Notes: generated by a model from the sequence alone, not told the origin. A stretch of 64,000 nt of DNA from Candidatus Iainarchaeum sp. (GCA_018304465.1 JAGVWC010000010.1:32001-96000), one strand, 5' to 3'. Positions 51,018 through 60,560 are shown, numbered from the stretch's first letter. Program-made: numbers and translations.

Positions 51018-51647
51018 ATGAGAGGATCAAAAGTTCCAACGCCCCGAGAAAGAAGAAAAAAATCAAAACCATCCGCGTTTTTCCGGGGACAACGCGTGAA
51101 GATCCCGCGAGAAAGCAAGACCATTCCCGCCACGGTATTGAGAACCAAACGACGCGGAAAAGTGGTCATCGTTGGCCGCAAAGAACGAATCGAACCCAAA
51201 CGCGTCGTAAAAACCACATTGCTCGGACTTCAACGCAAAGCCGAAGCCCTGCAAGCCCGCAGTCGCAAAGGAACGCTCTCCATCGAAGAATGGAATGAAC
51301 TCCACAGTTTGTGGCAGACGCTCGCGAACACGCAATACCGCCGCCTAAAACCAATCATCCACACCAAGATTGAACGCGTCAACGCAAAACAAGTCGTGAT
51401 TCCGACTTCACAACAACCCGTTCGACAACACGTCTCCGACATTACGCGCCGACAAAACCGGGAAAAAGCACACATCACAAAAGCGGTGATCGAGCTAAAG
51501 CAAAGACGAAAATTCCGACGAAACAGCAAACGAATCCTTCGCGAGTTGGCACGAAAAGGAATCAACCCCGCCCGCCTAAAACAAAATTCAACACGAAAAA
51601 GGAAAAAAAAAGCCAAACAAAAAAAGAATGTCTCCGATTTCTTCTGA
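51018..51647 (+). CDS. Highly basic orphan protein
   Basis: 209-aa Arg/Lys-rich ORF with host-like codon usage. Confidence 0.55.
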   Translation: MRGSKVPTPRERRKKSKPSAFFRGQRVKIPRESKTIPATVLRTKRRGKVVIVGRKERIEPKRVVKTTLLGLQRKAEALQARSRKGTLSIEEWNELHSLWQTLANTQYRRLKPIIHTKIERVNAKQVVIPTSQQPVRQHVSDITRRQNREKAHITKAVIELKQRRKFRRNSKRILRELARKGINPARLKQNSTRKRKKKAKQKKNVSDFF

Positions 51648-51735
51648 TGCCAAACTCGTTTGCCAAGCGCACACCAGATATTTTTGAACTCGCAAAAAAA
51701 GGGTTTCCCGAAAGCCCGAAACAATAACAAAACTT

Positions 51736-51945
51736 CTACTTCGACCAGGTCATGGTCAACAGCATCTTGAACCGCGTTTTCGCATTCACGGCGTGCGGTT
51801 TTTTCGCGGGCAACAAAATCCATTCGCCCGCGTTCACCAAAAAAACTTCTTTTGCAATCGAAACTTTAGCGGTTCCATCCAGCACCCAAAGCAACGCGTC
51901 AAACGGTTCGGATAACCCTTGATTCTGATCAAACGCGGCATGATC
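51736..51945 (-). pseudogene. Cupin gene remnant
   Basis: FDQNQGLSE-PFDALL.VLDG...LPAKKPHAV.A..RFKMLLTM; first metal His (HTA) deleted, no intact 5' end. Confidence 0.65.
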
Positions 51946-51950
51946 CCCGA

Positions 51951-52154
51951 TTAATCCGTTTTGCAAAAAAAATTGATTCGTGTCTTTTTCGCCAAAAAAC
52001 GATTCCGGCATGCCTTGGGGGGAAAATGCGTTCCCAACACGTCTTTGGACAACCCATAACGACCATACTCCGGCACAGGACCCACATTTGGCTACGAGCA
52101 CCCGGCTAAAAACACGGCACCGAGCAGCAAAACCGCGGCTAATGAACGATTCAG
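51951..52154 (-). pseudogene. Lipoprotein gene remnant with nonsense codon
   Basis: LNRSLAAVLLLGAVFLAGCS*PNVGP; TAG at 52092-52094 where other lipoproteins here have Gln. Confidence 0.5.
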
Positions 52155-52219
52155 GCATATACAAACACAGGTTCAATTTTTATTCTGTTGGGCTTTTTCT
52201 CTTGTTGGTGAACCCCCAT

Positions 52220-52573
52220 ATGAGCAAATCCAAAAAAACTTCCTCTCCACAAAAACACGAACACGAATCGCAACACCCGGATTACAAGGAATGCCCTGAT
52301 TGCGAAGACTGTCAAGGCTGCGACTGCGAATGCCACCAAGCCGAATCCGATGACTGCCAAGATGACTGCTGCTGCGACACAGGCCCCGGAAAACTCTCGC
52401 CAGAAATGACCAACGCCATGCTCGAAAACACGGCAAGCCAAGTCTGGATAAAACTGTTCATGGACGAATGCGAAAAAGAATGGAAACGCGTGTCCGGAAA
52501 ACAAATCTCCAAAAAAGCAAAAGAAGCCGTTGCCAAAGCCAAAAAAGATTGGGACGAACGCCTCAAACCGTAA
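52220..52573 (+). CDS. Small protein with metallothionein-like Cys/His/Asp-rich N-half and helical C-half
   Basis: GGTGA SD; CPDCEDCQGCDCECH...CQDDCCC. Confidence 0.7.
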   Translation: MSKSKKTSSPQKHEHESQHPDYKECPDCEDCQGCDCECHQAESDDCQDDCCCDTGPGKLSPEMTNAMLENTASQVWIKLFMDECEKEWKRVSGKQISKKAKEAVAKAKKDWDERLKP

Positions 52574-52710
52574 TTCCAATCACGTAAAAGCGCCGAACGC
52601 TTTTACGAAAACTTCTTTTTTGACCAGAGCTTTTTCCCGAAACAAAAAAAACCTTTTAAAAGCCGATTCAACCTTCATTCTAGAAAAAACTACCAAGAGG
52701 GATTCAACCA

Positions 52711-53579
52711 ATGGAAACAACCAGCAAAACCAACAATTCTTGGCTCGTTCCCCTGGGTGTCATCGCCATCGCATTCGTATTGGTCGCCGGCGTCACGATG
52801 TGGCTGCCCAAAACCAATGCACCAGACACAACAAACTTTAATGGTGCCGTGGCCGTGATTCCAGGCGCGTACGCCAAAGGCATCAACACGACTTCCACCG
52901 GAAACGCCGCAAACTTTCCAAGCGACGGCATCCGACTCGCCGCCGACGACGCGGAAAACTCCAAACGACTCATTTCCGTCACCGGAAAAGTCATCAAAAA
53001 CGTTTCACCCGACCAAGCGATTCTCGTGCTGGCCGTCGAAACCACAAATAAAAGCGCAAGCCAAAGCCAATCCGAAAACGCGCAAAAAACAACCGATGTC
53101 ATCAACGCGTTAAAAACCGCCGGAGTACCGGAAAAAGACATCAAAACCGTTGGATACACGCTCAACGAACAATGGGAATGGAATCGAACAACCGAAAAAT
53201 CCGAATCCACGGGATACGTCACGACCAACCGCATTCAGATCACCTTGCACGACTTGACTACCACCGGAAAAGTCATTGACGCGGCCGCACAAGCCGGCGC
53301 CAACCGCATTGATTCGGTTTCGTTCTCGCTTTCGCAAGCCAAAGAAGACCAACTCCGCGTCGAAGCGCTTTTTGAAGCCGCGCAAAACGCAAAAACCCGC
53401 GCGCAAAGCATCGCGACCGGACTTGGAATAAACCTTGGAACCGTTCACTCGGCCAGCGAAAACGCGGATTACTCGATTCCGTACTACTACAAAAACGAAA
53501 CCATGGCCCGAGAACACCGATCATTTCGGGAGACGTGGAATACACGGCAACCGTCAGTGTACAATTCGAAATCCAGTAA
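52711..53579 (+). pseudogene. SIMPL/DUF541 protein, frameshifted near 53510
   Basis: ISVTG...SPDQA, GANRIDSVSF, A..RA..IA; family-like end TPIISGDVEYTATVSVQFEIQ* lies in another frame. Confidence 0.8.
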
Positions 53580-53630
53580 ACCCAAACAAGCGGCTTTGAA
53601 AAACCAAAGCCGTTTCTTTTTTATTTTTTT

Positions 53631-54389
53631 TTAAGCGCTTGGAACACCGAAATACGCGCCAACCAAAAAACCCGCAAACGCGGCCAGCAATCCAACCACC
53701 AGAATTTCCAAACCGCTTTTCCACATGTCTTGCGCCGTCAGTTTTCCCTTGACCGCACCCATAATAAACAACGCCAATCCCGCCAAACCAAGGCTTAGCA
53801 TCATCGCTTGGGCAATCGAAATCGACGGAACCAAAAAAAACGGGACCAACGGAACGAACGATCCCACAATCGCCGACAACCCCACGATAAAACCCTGCTT
53901 GACCGGATCATGCGCTTCCTGTGACAAATGCAATTCATCCACCATCATGGTATCCGCCCACACGTTTTTGTCCGACGTGATTTTTTCGACGACATCGTCC
54001 AGCAGTTTTCCCGAAAAACCCTTTTTTTCGTAAATCGATCGGATCTCCTGTTTTTCGATTTCGGGAATCACTTCAATCTCGTGCAATTCTTGCTGTCGCT
54101 GACGATCGAAAAAATCCGCGGAAGATTTCGAAGACGTGTACGCCACCGCGGCCATGGAAATGCTTTCGGCAAACGTCGCGGCCAACCCGGCCAAAATTGT
54201 GATCGGCGCGCTTTGAGTCCCCATCGCCACTCCGAGCACGATGCCCGACACATTCACGACGCCGTCTTGACAACCCAAAATAAACTCGCGTAACCAGGAC
54301 CCCGCTTCGATGTCATGGTTTTCTTTATGCCATTTTTCGGCTTCCGCCGCCGTCATTTTGATTTTTGTTGCCTGAGATTCCAACGCCAT
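53631..54389 (-). CDS. VIT1/CCC1 family Fe/Mn transporter
   Basis: ILGCQDG, AESISMA, E..EI..IY..KG, VPLVPF. Confidence 0.9.
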   Translation of the reverse strand: MALESQATKIKMTAAEAEKWHKENHDIEAGSWLREFILGCQDGVVNVSGIVLGVAMGTQSAPITILAGLAATFAESISMAAVAYTSSKSSADFFDRQRQQELHEIEVIPEIEKQEIRSIYEKKGFSGKLLDDVVEKITSDKNVWADTMMVDELHLSQEAHDPVKQGFIVGLSAIVGSFVPLVPFFLVPSISIAQAMMLSLGLAGLALFIMGAVKGKLTAQDMWKSGLEILVVGLLAAFAGFLVGAYFGVPSA

Positions 54390-54458
54390 ACTTTTCAAAC
54401 AACCGAATGATTTAAAATCCCAATAACAATACTAAGAATACCAGCGAGGGAATACGAC

Positions 54459-55190
54459 ATGGTGGAACGAATTCCGTTAGGAATCAAAAACTTCGATCGA
54501 TTGGTGGAAGGCGGATTGCCCAAAGGAAGCGCCACCCTGATCGCCGGAACCCCCGGAACCGGAAAAAGCATTTTTTGCTTACAGGCACTTTACTATAACG
54601 CCATGAAAGGACGCACCTGTTTATACGTTTCTTTCGAACAAAGCGCCGAAGAAATCAAGGAACAAATGCGCCAATTCGGATGGGAATTCGAAAAATCCCA
54701 ACCGCATTTCAAACTGCTGGCCACCGATTACAACGACCCCACGTTTTTCACGCAACTGATGACCGAAGTCAAAGTCCGAAAATTCGACATGATCGCGATC
54801 GATTCCCTTGCCTCCGTCATCATTGACCCGTTCGAAGTATTCGGTTCCCCCGACTTTGGAATGGCCAAACTCCTCAAAGCGGGAAACATTCTTCCGATGG
54901 ACATGTCCACCTTGGGCCGCTTGAAAGTCAAAAAAATCATTGAACTCGTCAAAGCCAGCGGCGCCACCACGTTGCTTGTCGGCGAAGTCGTCAAAGACCA
55001 AACCGGACGCAGTATGTCACGCGACCAGGTATCCGACTTTTTATCCGACGCCGTCATACTGCTCCAGCACAACCCCACGGCAGGCGCCACCAACCGGACA
55101 CTCACGCTCGAAAAAATGCGCTTAACCAGCATCGACGACTTGATTCATCCGATGCAAATCACGCAAAACGGAATCGAAATCAAGGGATAA
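54459..55190 (+). CDS. KaiC-like ATPase (single domain)
   Basis: GTPGTGKS, YVSFEQ, IDSL, LEKMR. Confidence 0.9.
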   Translation: MVERIPLGIKNFDRLVEGGLPKGSATLIAGTPGTGKSIFCLQALYYNAMKGRTCLYVSFEQSAEEIKEQMRQFGWEFEKSQPHFKLLATDYNDPTFFTQLMTEVKVRKFDMIAIDSLASVIIDPFEVFGSPDFGMAKLLKAGNILPMDMSTLGRLKVKKIIELVKASGATTLLVGEVVKDQTGRSMSRDQVSDFLSDAVILLQHNPTAGATNRTLTLEKMRLTSIDDLIHPMQITQNGIEIKG

Positions 55191-55231
55191 CACCACCGAA
55201 ATTAAAACCCCTTTGTCCGGACAAACTCCTT

Positions 55232-55807
55232 ATGCCGCTTGCTTTAAGACTGGAAACGTACCTCGCGAAAAAAAAACTCACGGCAGTGGAAAAAATCAGC
55301 CGCGGATTTAGTGCCGAAATCTATCTGGTCCAAACCCAAACTGGAAAAAAACGCGCCCTTAAAATCGAACGCGACGACTCGCCGCGACGCGACTTCATTT
55401 ACAAAGAAAGCGAATACCTCAAAATGGCCAACCACGTTCAGGTAGGTCCAAAATTAATCGACGCGGATTATGAAAACCGCGTGGTCCTCATGACATTCGT
55501 GGACGGAATTCCTTTTGGCAAGTGGGCCTTGGAAAAAACCACCACCAAAACCAAACTCAACCGGTGCATCCAATCGCTTTTGAAACAAGCCGACCAATTG
55601 GACCGGATCGGACTCGACCACGGACAACTCGCGGGAAAAGGAAAAAACATTCTGGTGACCAAAACAGGACAACCCGTCATCATTGATTTTGAAAAAGCCT
55701 CACCGGTCCGAAAACCGCATAACCGCGGACAAATTGAAAGCTTTTTATTCAAAAATCCCCATTCTTTCTTGGTCAAAACCGTGAAAGAAAAAACAGGCCG
55801 TGAATGA
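55232..55807 (+). CDS. Archaeal Ser/Thr protein kinase-like (RIO/Bud32-related)
   Basis: RG..AEIY, ALKIER, VGPKL, DHGQL..KNIL, IIDFEKAS. Confidence 0.8.
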   Translation: MPLALRLETYLAKKKLTAVEKISRGFSAEIYLVQTQTGKKRALKIERDDSPRRDFIYKESEYLKMANHVQVGPKLIDADYENRVVLMTFVDGIPFGKWALEKTTTKTKLNRCIQSLLKQADQLDRIGLDHGQLAGKGKNILVTKTGQPVIIDFEKASPVRKPHNRGQIESFLFKNPHSFLVKTVKEKTGRE

Positions 55808-56514
55808 AAATGCCCCAGCGCTTACGAAAAATCGCCGCCAAAGTAAAAAAAATCGTTTCCACCGCGGTCAAAACACAACGCTTAAAATCCAGGCTTAACC
55901 GCGAAATTCGCGCCCTGCAATCAAACCGCAGGACCCATGAAAAAAGAGTCCTTGGCGACATGAACCAGCGCGTCCAACTTATTCACAAAATAAAAAACAC
56001 AGAACCCGGTTTAAAACAGGAAAAATTACGCCGCCGTTTACGAGAAGTATTAACTCAATCGAACCCCGAACACGAAATCGAAAAAATAAACGAGCACTTG
56101 GCCAAAACCGAATCGCAACGCCGAAGACTCAAAAGCGTTTTGCGCGAAAAAAGATTCGGAGGACATCCAAGACGCGATATTCGAGTGCTCAAAGACCGGT
56201 TTCGCACGCGACCCCGGCTTGTTGGCGAACAACTGCGACTCGCGCGGCGCAGGGAAGAATTAAAAGCATGGGAAAAACTTTACCAAGCCCTGCGGGAAGG
56301 CGACATCCAAACGGTTCAAATGCAAAAAACCCAAGAAACGCAAACACGGCAGTCCGAAGAAAAAAAAGGCCGAAGACTCCTCAGTCAATTGGCCGCAAAG
56401 ATGCAAGCCGACATGGCCAGCAAACAGGTGGACGCCCAAACCCAACGAATAATCATTTCAAGGCGCCTCGCCGAATTACGCGTTGCAATTCAAAGAAAAA
56501 AAAGAAAAAAGTGA
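55804..56514 (+). CDS. Basic coiled-coil orphan protein
   Basis: Overlaps kinase stop; Arg/Lys-rich helical ORF. Confidence 0.55.
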   Translation: MKMPQRLRKIAAKVKKIVSTAVKTQRLKSRLNREIRALQSNRRTHEKRVLGDMNQRVQLIHKIKNTEPGLKQEKLRRRLREVLTQSNPEHEIEKINEHLAKTESQRRRLKSVLREKRFGGHPRRDIRVLKDRFRTRPRLVGEQLRLARRREELKAWEKLYQALREGDIQTVQMQKTQETQTRQSEEKKGRRLLSQLAAKMQADMASKQVDAQTQRIIISRRLAELRVAIQRKKRKK

Positions 56515-56520
56515 CCGTTT

Positions 56521-56958
56521 TTATTTTCTGAATTTCCGGTCGACTTCGTTGATCAAAACATCACACGCGGCTTTCACGGCTTCCAGCTGCAGGATGATCC
56601 GCTTTCGCTCGTTTTCAATGTCAAGAACGTTTTCGTAGGTTTCGATCGCTTCGCGAAACATTCCACCGTCGACATATGAATACGGATGCTCGTTCATTTT
56701 GGACGTGGTCCGTTCAATCATTTTTCCAAGCCAAATATTCATTTCGTCTTTGACTTGTCCTTTGATTTGTTTTCCCGAATCCAGGTACTTTCGCATCTGG
56801 TTGACCACGGTTGCGCGGGGAAACGGAAGTTTGTCCTCGGGTAATTCCTCGGGAGACGCTTCCACCGATTCGACGGTTTGGCCTACTTCTTCGCTTTCAG
56901 CGGCGTTTTCGGCCGTTTGAACCGCGACTCCATTTGATTTTGCTTCTTTTGCCAACAT
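56521..56958 (-). CDS. Putative histone-fold protein with acidic N-tail and C-terminal helix
   Basis: LPFPRATVVNQMRK...QIKGQVKDEM...YVDGGMFREAI follows alpha1-L1-alpha2-L2-alpha3 spacing; GGTGA SD. Confidence 0.6.
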   Translation of the reverse strand: MLAKEAKSNGVAVQTAENAAESEEVGQTVESVEASPEELPEDKLPFPRATVVNQMRKYLDSGKQIKGQVKDEMNIWLGKMIERTTSKMNEHPYSYVDGGMFREAIETYENVLDIENERKRIILQLEAVKAACDVLINEVDRKFRK

Positions 56959-57084
56959 ATCACCTTCAAGAAAAACGCATACAAGTAGCATTTTTATATA
57001 CAAAACAAGTGTTACATTCACAATTTAAAGGTGTCGGAGCCCCAAAAAGGCCCTTCCTTTATAAAGAAAAAGGAATTGGAGAAA

Positions 57085-57834
57085 TTATCTCCAATCCTGC
57101 GGAATCGCATATACCGGCAAAAACGTCTTATTCACGTTCGAATCCGGCCAAAACGATTCAATCCGCACATCATCATTTACCGGAAACCAAATGGTTTTGG
57201 TTTCATTCGCGTCCAAATACACGTCTCCGATCAACGGATGCCTAAAAATCAATCCGCCTTCGGCCACGTTAAACGTCCGCACTTTGAGGGTCAACACCAA
57301 AATGCTTCCTTTCGGAACCTGCACTTGCAACGGATAAAACTCCGAATCATCCGCTTGCACGGTTCGCGCCGTGGTTCTGGATCCCGATGGCGGACGCGCC
57401 CACCTTTTTTCCGTCAACACGAACGAAACAAATTCGTTTCCATCCACCGTCACCTGTTGAGACGCGGATTCGAACACAGAATCGTTTTGGTCGCCCACCA
57501 AAACATTCACGTCCAAAAACGCAAAATCCGAAAACAAACCAAACCCGTTTTGATCCGTTACCAGTTGAGCAATTTCTTGGGAATCATTGGCATCCAACAG
57601 GCGAACCAAAGCACCAGTAACCGGAGATTGGTTTTCGTCCACGACCCGCACCGAAACAAAACCCGTTAACGAAACGTTTTGATCCTGATTTTGATCCACC
57701 GGCACGTTAACATCCGGATTTCCCGGCGAATTCGAATCCGAATTCAAATCATCAGGGTTCTGCGGATTCTGCGACTGGGTACACCCAAGCAACAGCAATA
57801 CAATCGCCGCCAAAGCAAGCCATTTCAAATTCAT
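57085..57834 (-). CDS. Lipoprotein with beta-sandwich domains
   Basis: Lipobox LLGC; VVDENQSPVTGALV...TDQNG prealbumin-like pattern. Confidence 0.7.
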   Translation of the reverse strand: MNLKWLALAAIVLLLLGCTQSQNPQNPDDLNSDSNSPGNPDVNVPVDQNQDQNVSLTGFVSVRVVDENQSPVTGALVRLLDANDSQEIAQLVTDQNGFGLFSDFAFLDVNVLVGDQNDSVFESASQQVTVDGNEFVSFVLTEKRWARPPSGSRTTARTVQADDSEFYPLQVQVPKGSILVLTLKVRTFNVAEGGLIFRHPLIGDVYLDANETKTIWFPVNDDVRIESFWPDSNVNKTFLPVYAIPQDWR

Positions 57835-57909
57835 TTTCTATTCCTCCGTTATGCAGACAAAAATTTCTTTCGGCAAATCCTTTTTTAACCAAACGAAATT
57901 GAAAACAAT

Positions 57910-57976
57910 TGGCCTCAGTTCGCCCATCTCTCCTCACCCCTTGCGGTCAGAGTCATCGTCAGTTCGTCATCGGCCA
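57910..57976 (-). ncRNA. Box C/D 2'-O-methylation guide sRNA (67 nt)
   Basis: TGGCC-G-[C ATGACGA]-ACTGACGATGACT-[D' CTGA]-CC GCAA GG-G-[C' GTGAGGA]-GAGATGGGCGAA-[D CTGA]-GGCCA; 5-bp terminal stem, 13- and 12-nt guides. Confidence 0.85.
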
Positions 57977-58202
57977 TCAGAATAACTGGATAAAAGGTTT
58001 TTAACTGGGCGAGAAGCGGTGTTAGCGCTGGAATCGTGCCGCCCAAAAACAAGCAATTTCAATCATTTTTACCGCCCAAAGCCACCCCTGTTTCAAAATA
58101 AACCTATATTATTGATTTAATGGCTAATTTAATGGCCTTTGTTGATTTTAATTTGCCGCCCAAATGCATACAAATAAATACTATTTCGCGCATATTCTTC
58201 GT

Positions 58203-59156
58203 ATGAGTTATCTGGAAATAAAAAGACGCAATAATGAACGGTACGCGTATTTTGTCAAGAAATGGTCGCTTCAAGGAAAACGCTTTGTGTTGCGACGGTA
58301 TATCGGGAAAGCGACCAGCATGGTTTCCAAAGAGAGTTTTCTATCTAAAAACATGGGCTCATTGGTCGATGAAGAACTCAATTTACGAAAACCGATTTGG
58401 GAAAAAGCAATTTCCATATCGCATGATCCAAGGCAAATCGAGAAAGTCGAAAAAAAAGCGGTCCTGTTAAACGACCTTGTTGACGCTCAAAACGCTCAGC
58501 AACTTGTACGGGCGGAATTCGCCAAGGAATTCATTTATAATTCGAATAACATCGAGGGATCGCGTATACCAAAAGAAAAACTGGTTGAATTGTTCGAAAA
58601 AGGAACAACGTCCTACAAAAACCAAAATGAAGTGACCGAAGTAACGAATTCAATTCGGACTTTCGAGTACTTGGAAAACGATTTTGCATTCACGCTCAAA
58701 AACATCAAGCGTCTTTATTCGATTCTTACGAAAGGACTGTATCTGGAAAATCAAAACCCGTACCCGCGCGGATTCAAAAAAATCGAAATCGTGGTCGGTG
58801 AATCCAGAACCACTGCGCCTGAAGACGTTGAAGAGGAACTCAAAACCCTATTGGCCTGGAACAAAGCAAACGCCAAAACAATGTATCCCCCGCAACGCGC
58901 ATTCGAATTCCACGCACGCTATGAGCACATCCATCCATTCCAAGACGCCAACGGCCGAACCGGAAGACTTCTCCTGAACAAAATCCTGCTGCAAAACAAC
59001 TATCCGCCGATCATTGTCTATAAAGACAACAAGACGGCCTATTTCAATTCCATCAAGGAAACACAAGAAGGAAACAAAAGCAAATACTATCAATTCATGC
59101 TCGAACAAACCGAGAAGACCTACGACCAAATGATCGGCATCCTGAAAAAATACTAA
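58203..59156 (+). CDS. Fic-domain protein
   Basis: SNNIEG inhibitory-helix motif; HPFQDANGRTGR. Confidence 0.92.
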   Translation: MSYLEIKRRNNERYAYFVKKWSLQGKRFVLRRYIGKATSMVSKESFLSKNMGSLVDEELNLRKPIWEKAISISHDPRQIEKVEKKAVLLNDLVDAQNAQQLVRAEFAKEFIYNSNNIEGSRIPKEKLVELFEKGTTSYKNQNEVTEVTNSIRTFEYLENDFAFTLKNIKRLYSILTKGLYLENQNPYPRGFKKIEIVVGESRTTAPEDVEEELKTLLAWNKANAKTMYPPQRAFEFHARYEHIHPFQDANGRTGRLLLNKILLQNNYPPIIVYKDNKTAYFNSIKETQEGNKSKYYQFMLEQTEKTYDQMIGILKKY

Positions 59157-59188
59157 AAAGAGATTATCAGAAGTAGATAGCGGTAATA

Positions 59189-59207
59189 GTCAGTTCGTCA
59201 TCGGCCA
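59189..59207 (-). repeat. 19-nt exact copy of the 5' end of the C/D sRNA
   Basis: gtcagttcgtcatcggcca identical to 57958-57976. Confidence 0.85.
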
Positions 59208-59277
59208 ACAAAGACGTGCAGGCAGGATTGTTTAAACAGAATTAAATTCCTAATTTCCCCTATCGAATATTGTCTCG

Positions 59278-59670
59278 TTAAATCGACTCTTGTTCGACAC
59301 CAGCATTCATTCGCCATTTGTATAAGGCTAATCCAAGTAGGTATGGCACTCCAAGAGCCCCATAATACAATCCGGCCACTTGCCATAACCCGTAATAGAA
59401 CTCCAATGTACGCGCAATGGCAATTCCTTGCGTGAGAATTACACTGATTCCAAATACAACGGAAAAAACAATTCCGACCCACTTGAAAACTTCCGATAGT
59501 TTTTCAGCAGACGGCGGCCTCCCTTTGCTTTTTACCCCCGCATGAAAAAAGCCGATGGTGATTAATGGCGCGGGAACAAGCAGCACAGCAGAATTCATCC
59601 ACACCTGAAAAGGAGGAAGAATCAAGAAAAATAATTCCGCAACAATAAGCACCACAAGTTCTTGTTTCAT
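59278..59670 (-). CDS. Small multi-TM membrane protein
   Basis: GGTGA SD; hydrophobic helices. Confidence 0.6.
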   Translation of the reverse strand: MKQELVVLIVAELFFLILPPFQVWMNSAVLLVPAPLITIGFFHAGVKSKGRPPSAEKLSEVFKWVGIVFSVVFGISVILTQGIAIARTLEFYYGLWQVAGLYYGALGVPYLLGLALYKWRMNAGVEQESI

Positions 59671-59682
59671 GTTTGGGTCACC

Positions 59683-60012
59683 CTATGCTATCTTGGTCCC
59701 CGTGTCGAGGGCTGTTTTGACGATTCCGAGCTGGGTTTTTCGTTGCTCGATTTCTTTTGGAGTGTAGCAAAAAGGCTCGATGTCTTGGCCGATGGGTTCG
59801 GTGGATAATTGCAGTATTTGGTCGATTCGGTTTCGAAAGGTTATTCCTTCGAATTGATTAGAGATAATCAGGATATCCCAGTCGCTGTCGTTGCGTTCTT
59901 CTCCTCTGGCTCTCGAACCGAATAGAATGATTTGTGCCGGAAGAAACCGTTGTTTGATTCGAGCCACCAGTTTTTGGACTGGTTCGCTTATTCTAATTTT
60001 TTTTCCAACCAT
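59683..60012 (-). CDS. Minimal nucleotidyltransferase (MNT)
   Basis: LFGSRARG...SDWDILII. Confidence 0.9.
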   Translation of the reverse strand: MVGKKIRISEPVQKLVARIKQRFLPAQIILFGSRARGEERNDSDWDILIISNQFEGITFRNRIDQILQLSTEPIGQDIEPFCYTPKEIEQRKTQLGIVKTALDTGTKIA

Positions 60013-60368
60013 GTAATCAACTCTTTGGCGTCCATCAAAATTTCTTTGGTGATTTTTTCGTCGTAAGTTTTGGCGGGCAAATCGCCAGCCGCATCAGGAT
60101 AGCGGCTGATGATGAAATCACGGGATAGTTTGCGCGCTTTGGAAAGAAGGTTTTCGGGGACTCCGATGAGTTCTCCGAGTTCGCGCAAGTTATGAAGGTT
60201 TGGCGGGCTTTGGTTTTTTTGGAACATGAAAACGGCTTTCATGGCTTTTTCGACAGCTTGCTGGCAGAGAAAAGCGCAGACATAATAGTATTTGGTTTTG
60301 TAGTTGGATTCCGCAGCCTGCAGGTCGATTTGGGCTTGTTCCATCCATATTTCGATTTCCCGACGCAT
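59988..60368 (-). CDS. HEPN-domain protein
   Basis: A..DL..A, QQAVEKAMKA, HNL..L, SRYPD. Confidence 0.9.
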   Translation of the reverse strand: MRREIEIWMEQAQIDLQAAESNYKTKYYYVCAFLCQQAVEKAMKAVFMFQKNQSPPNLHNLRELGELIGVPENLLSKARKLSRDFIISRYPDAAGDLPAKTYDEKITKEILMDAKELITWLEKKLE

Positions 60369-60560
60369 ACAAGAGTTCTCGTTTAAAGTTGTTTTAAACC
60401 TTTGGAAAAAGATATGACACTGACTACTTCACGGTCATTGTGAGTTGAACATCAACACCCGTTATTGGTGTTACTCACTTTCATGGGCAAAACTTGCCAA
60501 TAACAAAACAATCATGCGGCGAAGTGGTTAAAATTCGGTCGCTAAACCGAGAGTGGCGGT

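Noticed and set aside
52092-52094. TAG read-through or genetic-code reassignment
   Set aside because: TAG terminates intact genes here (e.g. 5758, 13418), and this remnant also lacks a good start.
57031-57669. 212-aa + strand ORF and similar long antisense ORFs (7645..8319, 13463..14065, 18941..19612, 49277..49972)
   Set aside because: They overlap well-supported genes on the opposite strand and reflect codon bias.
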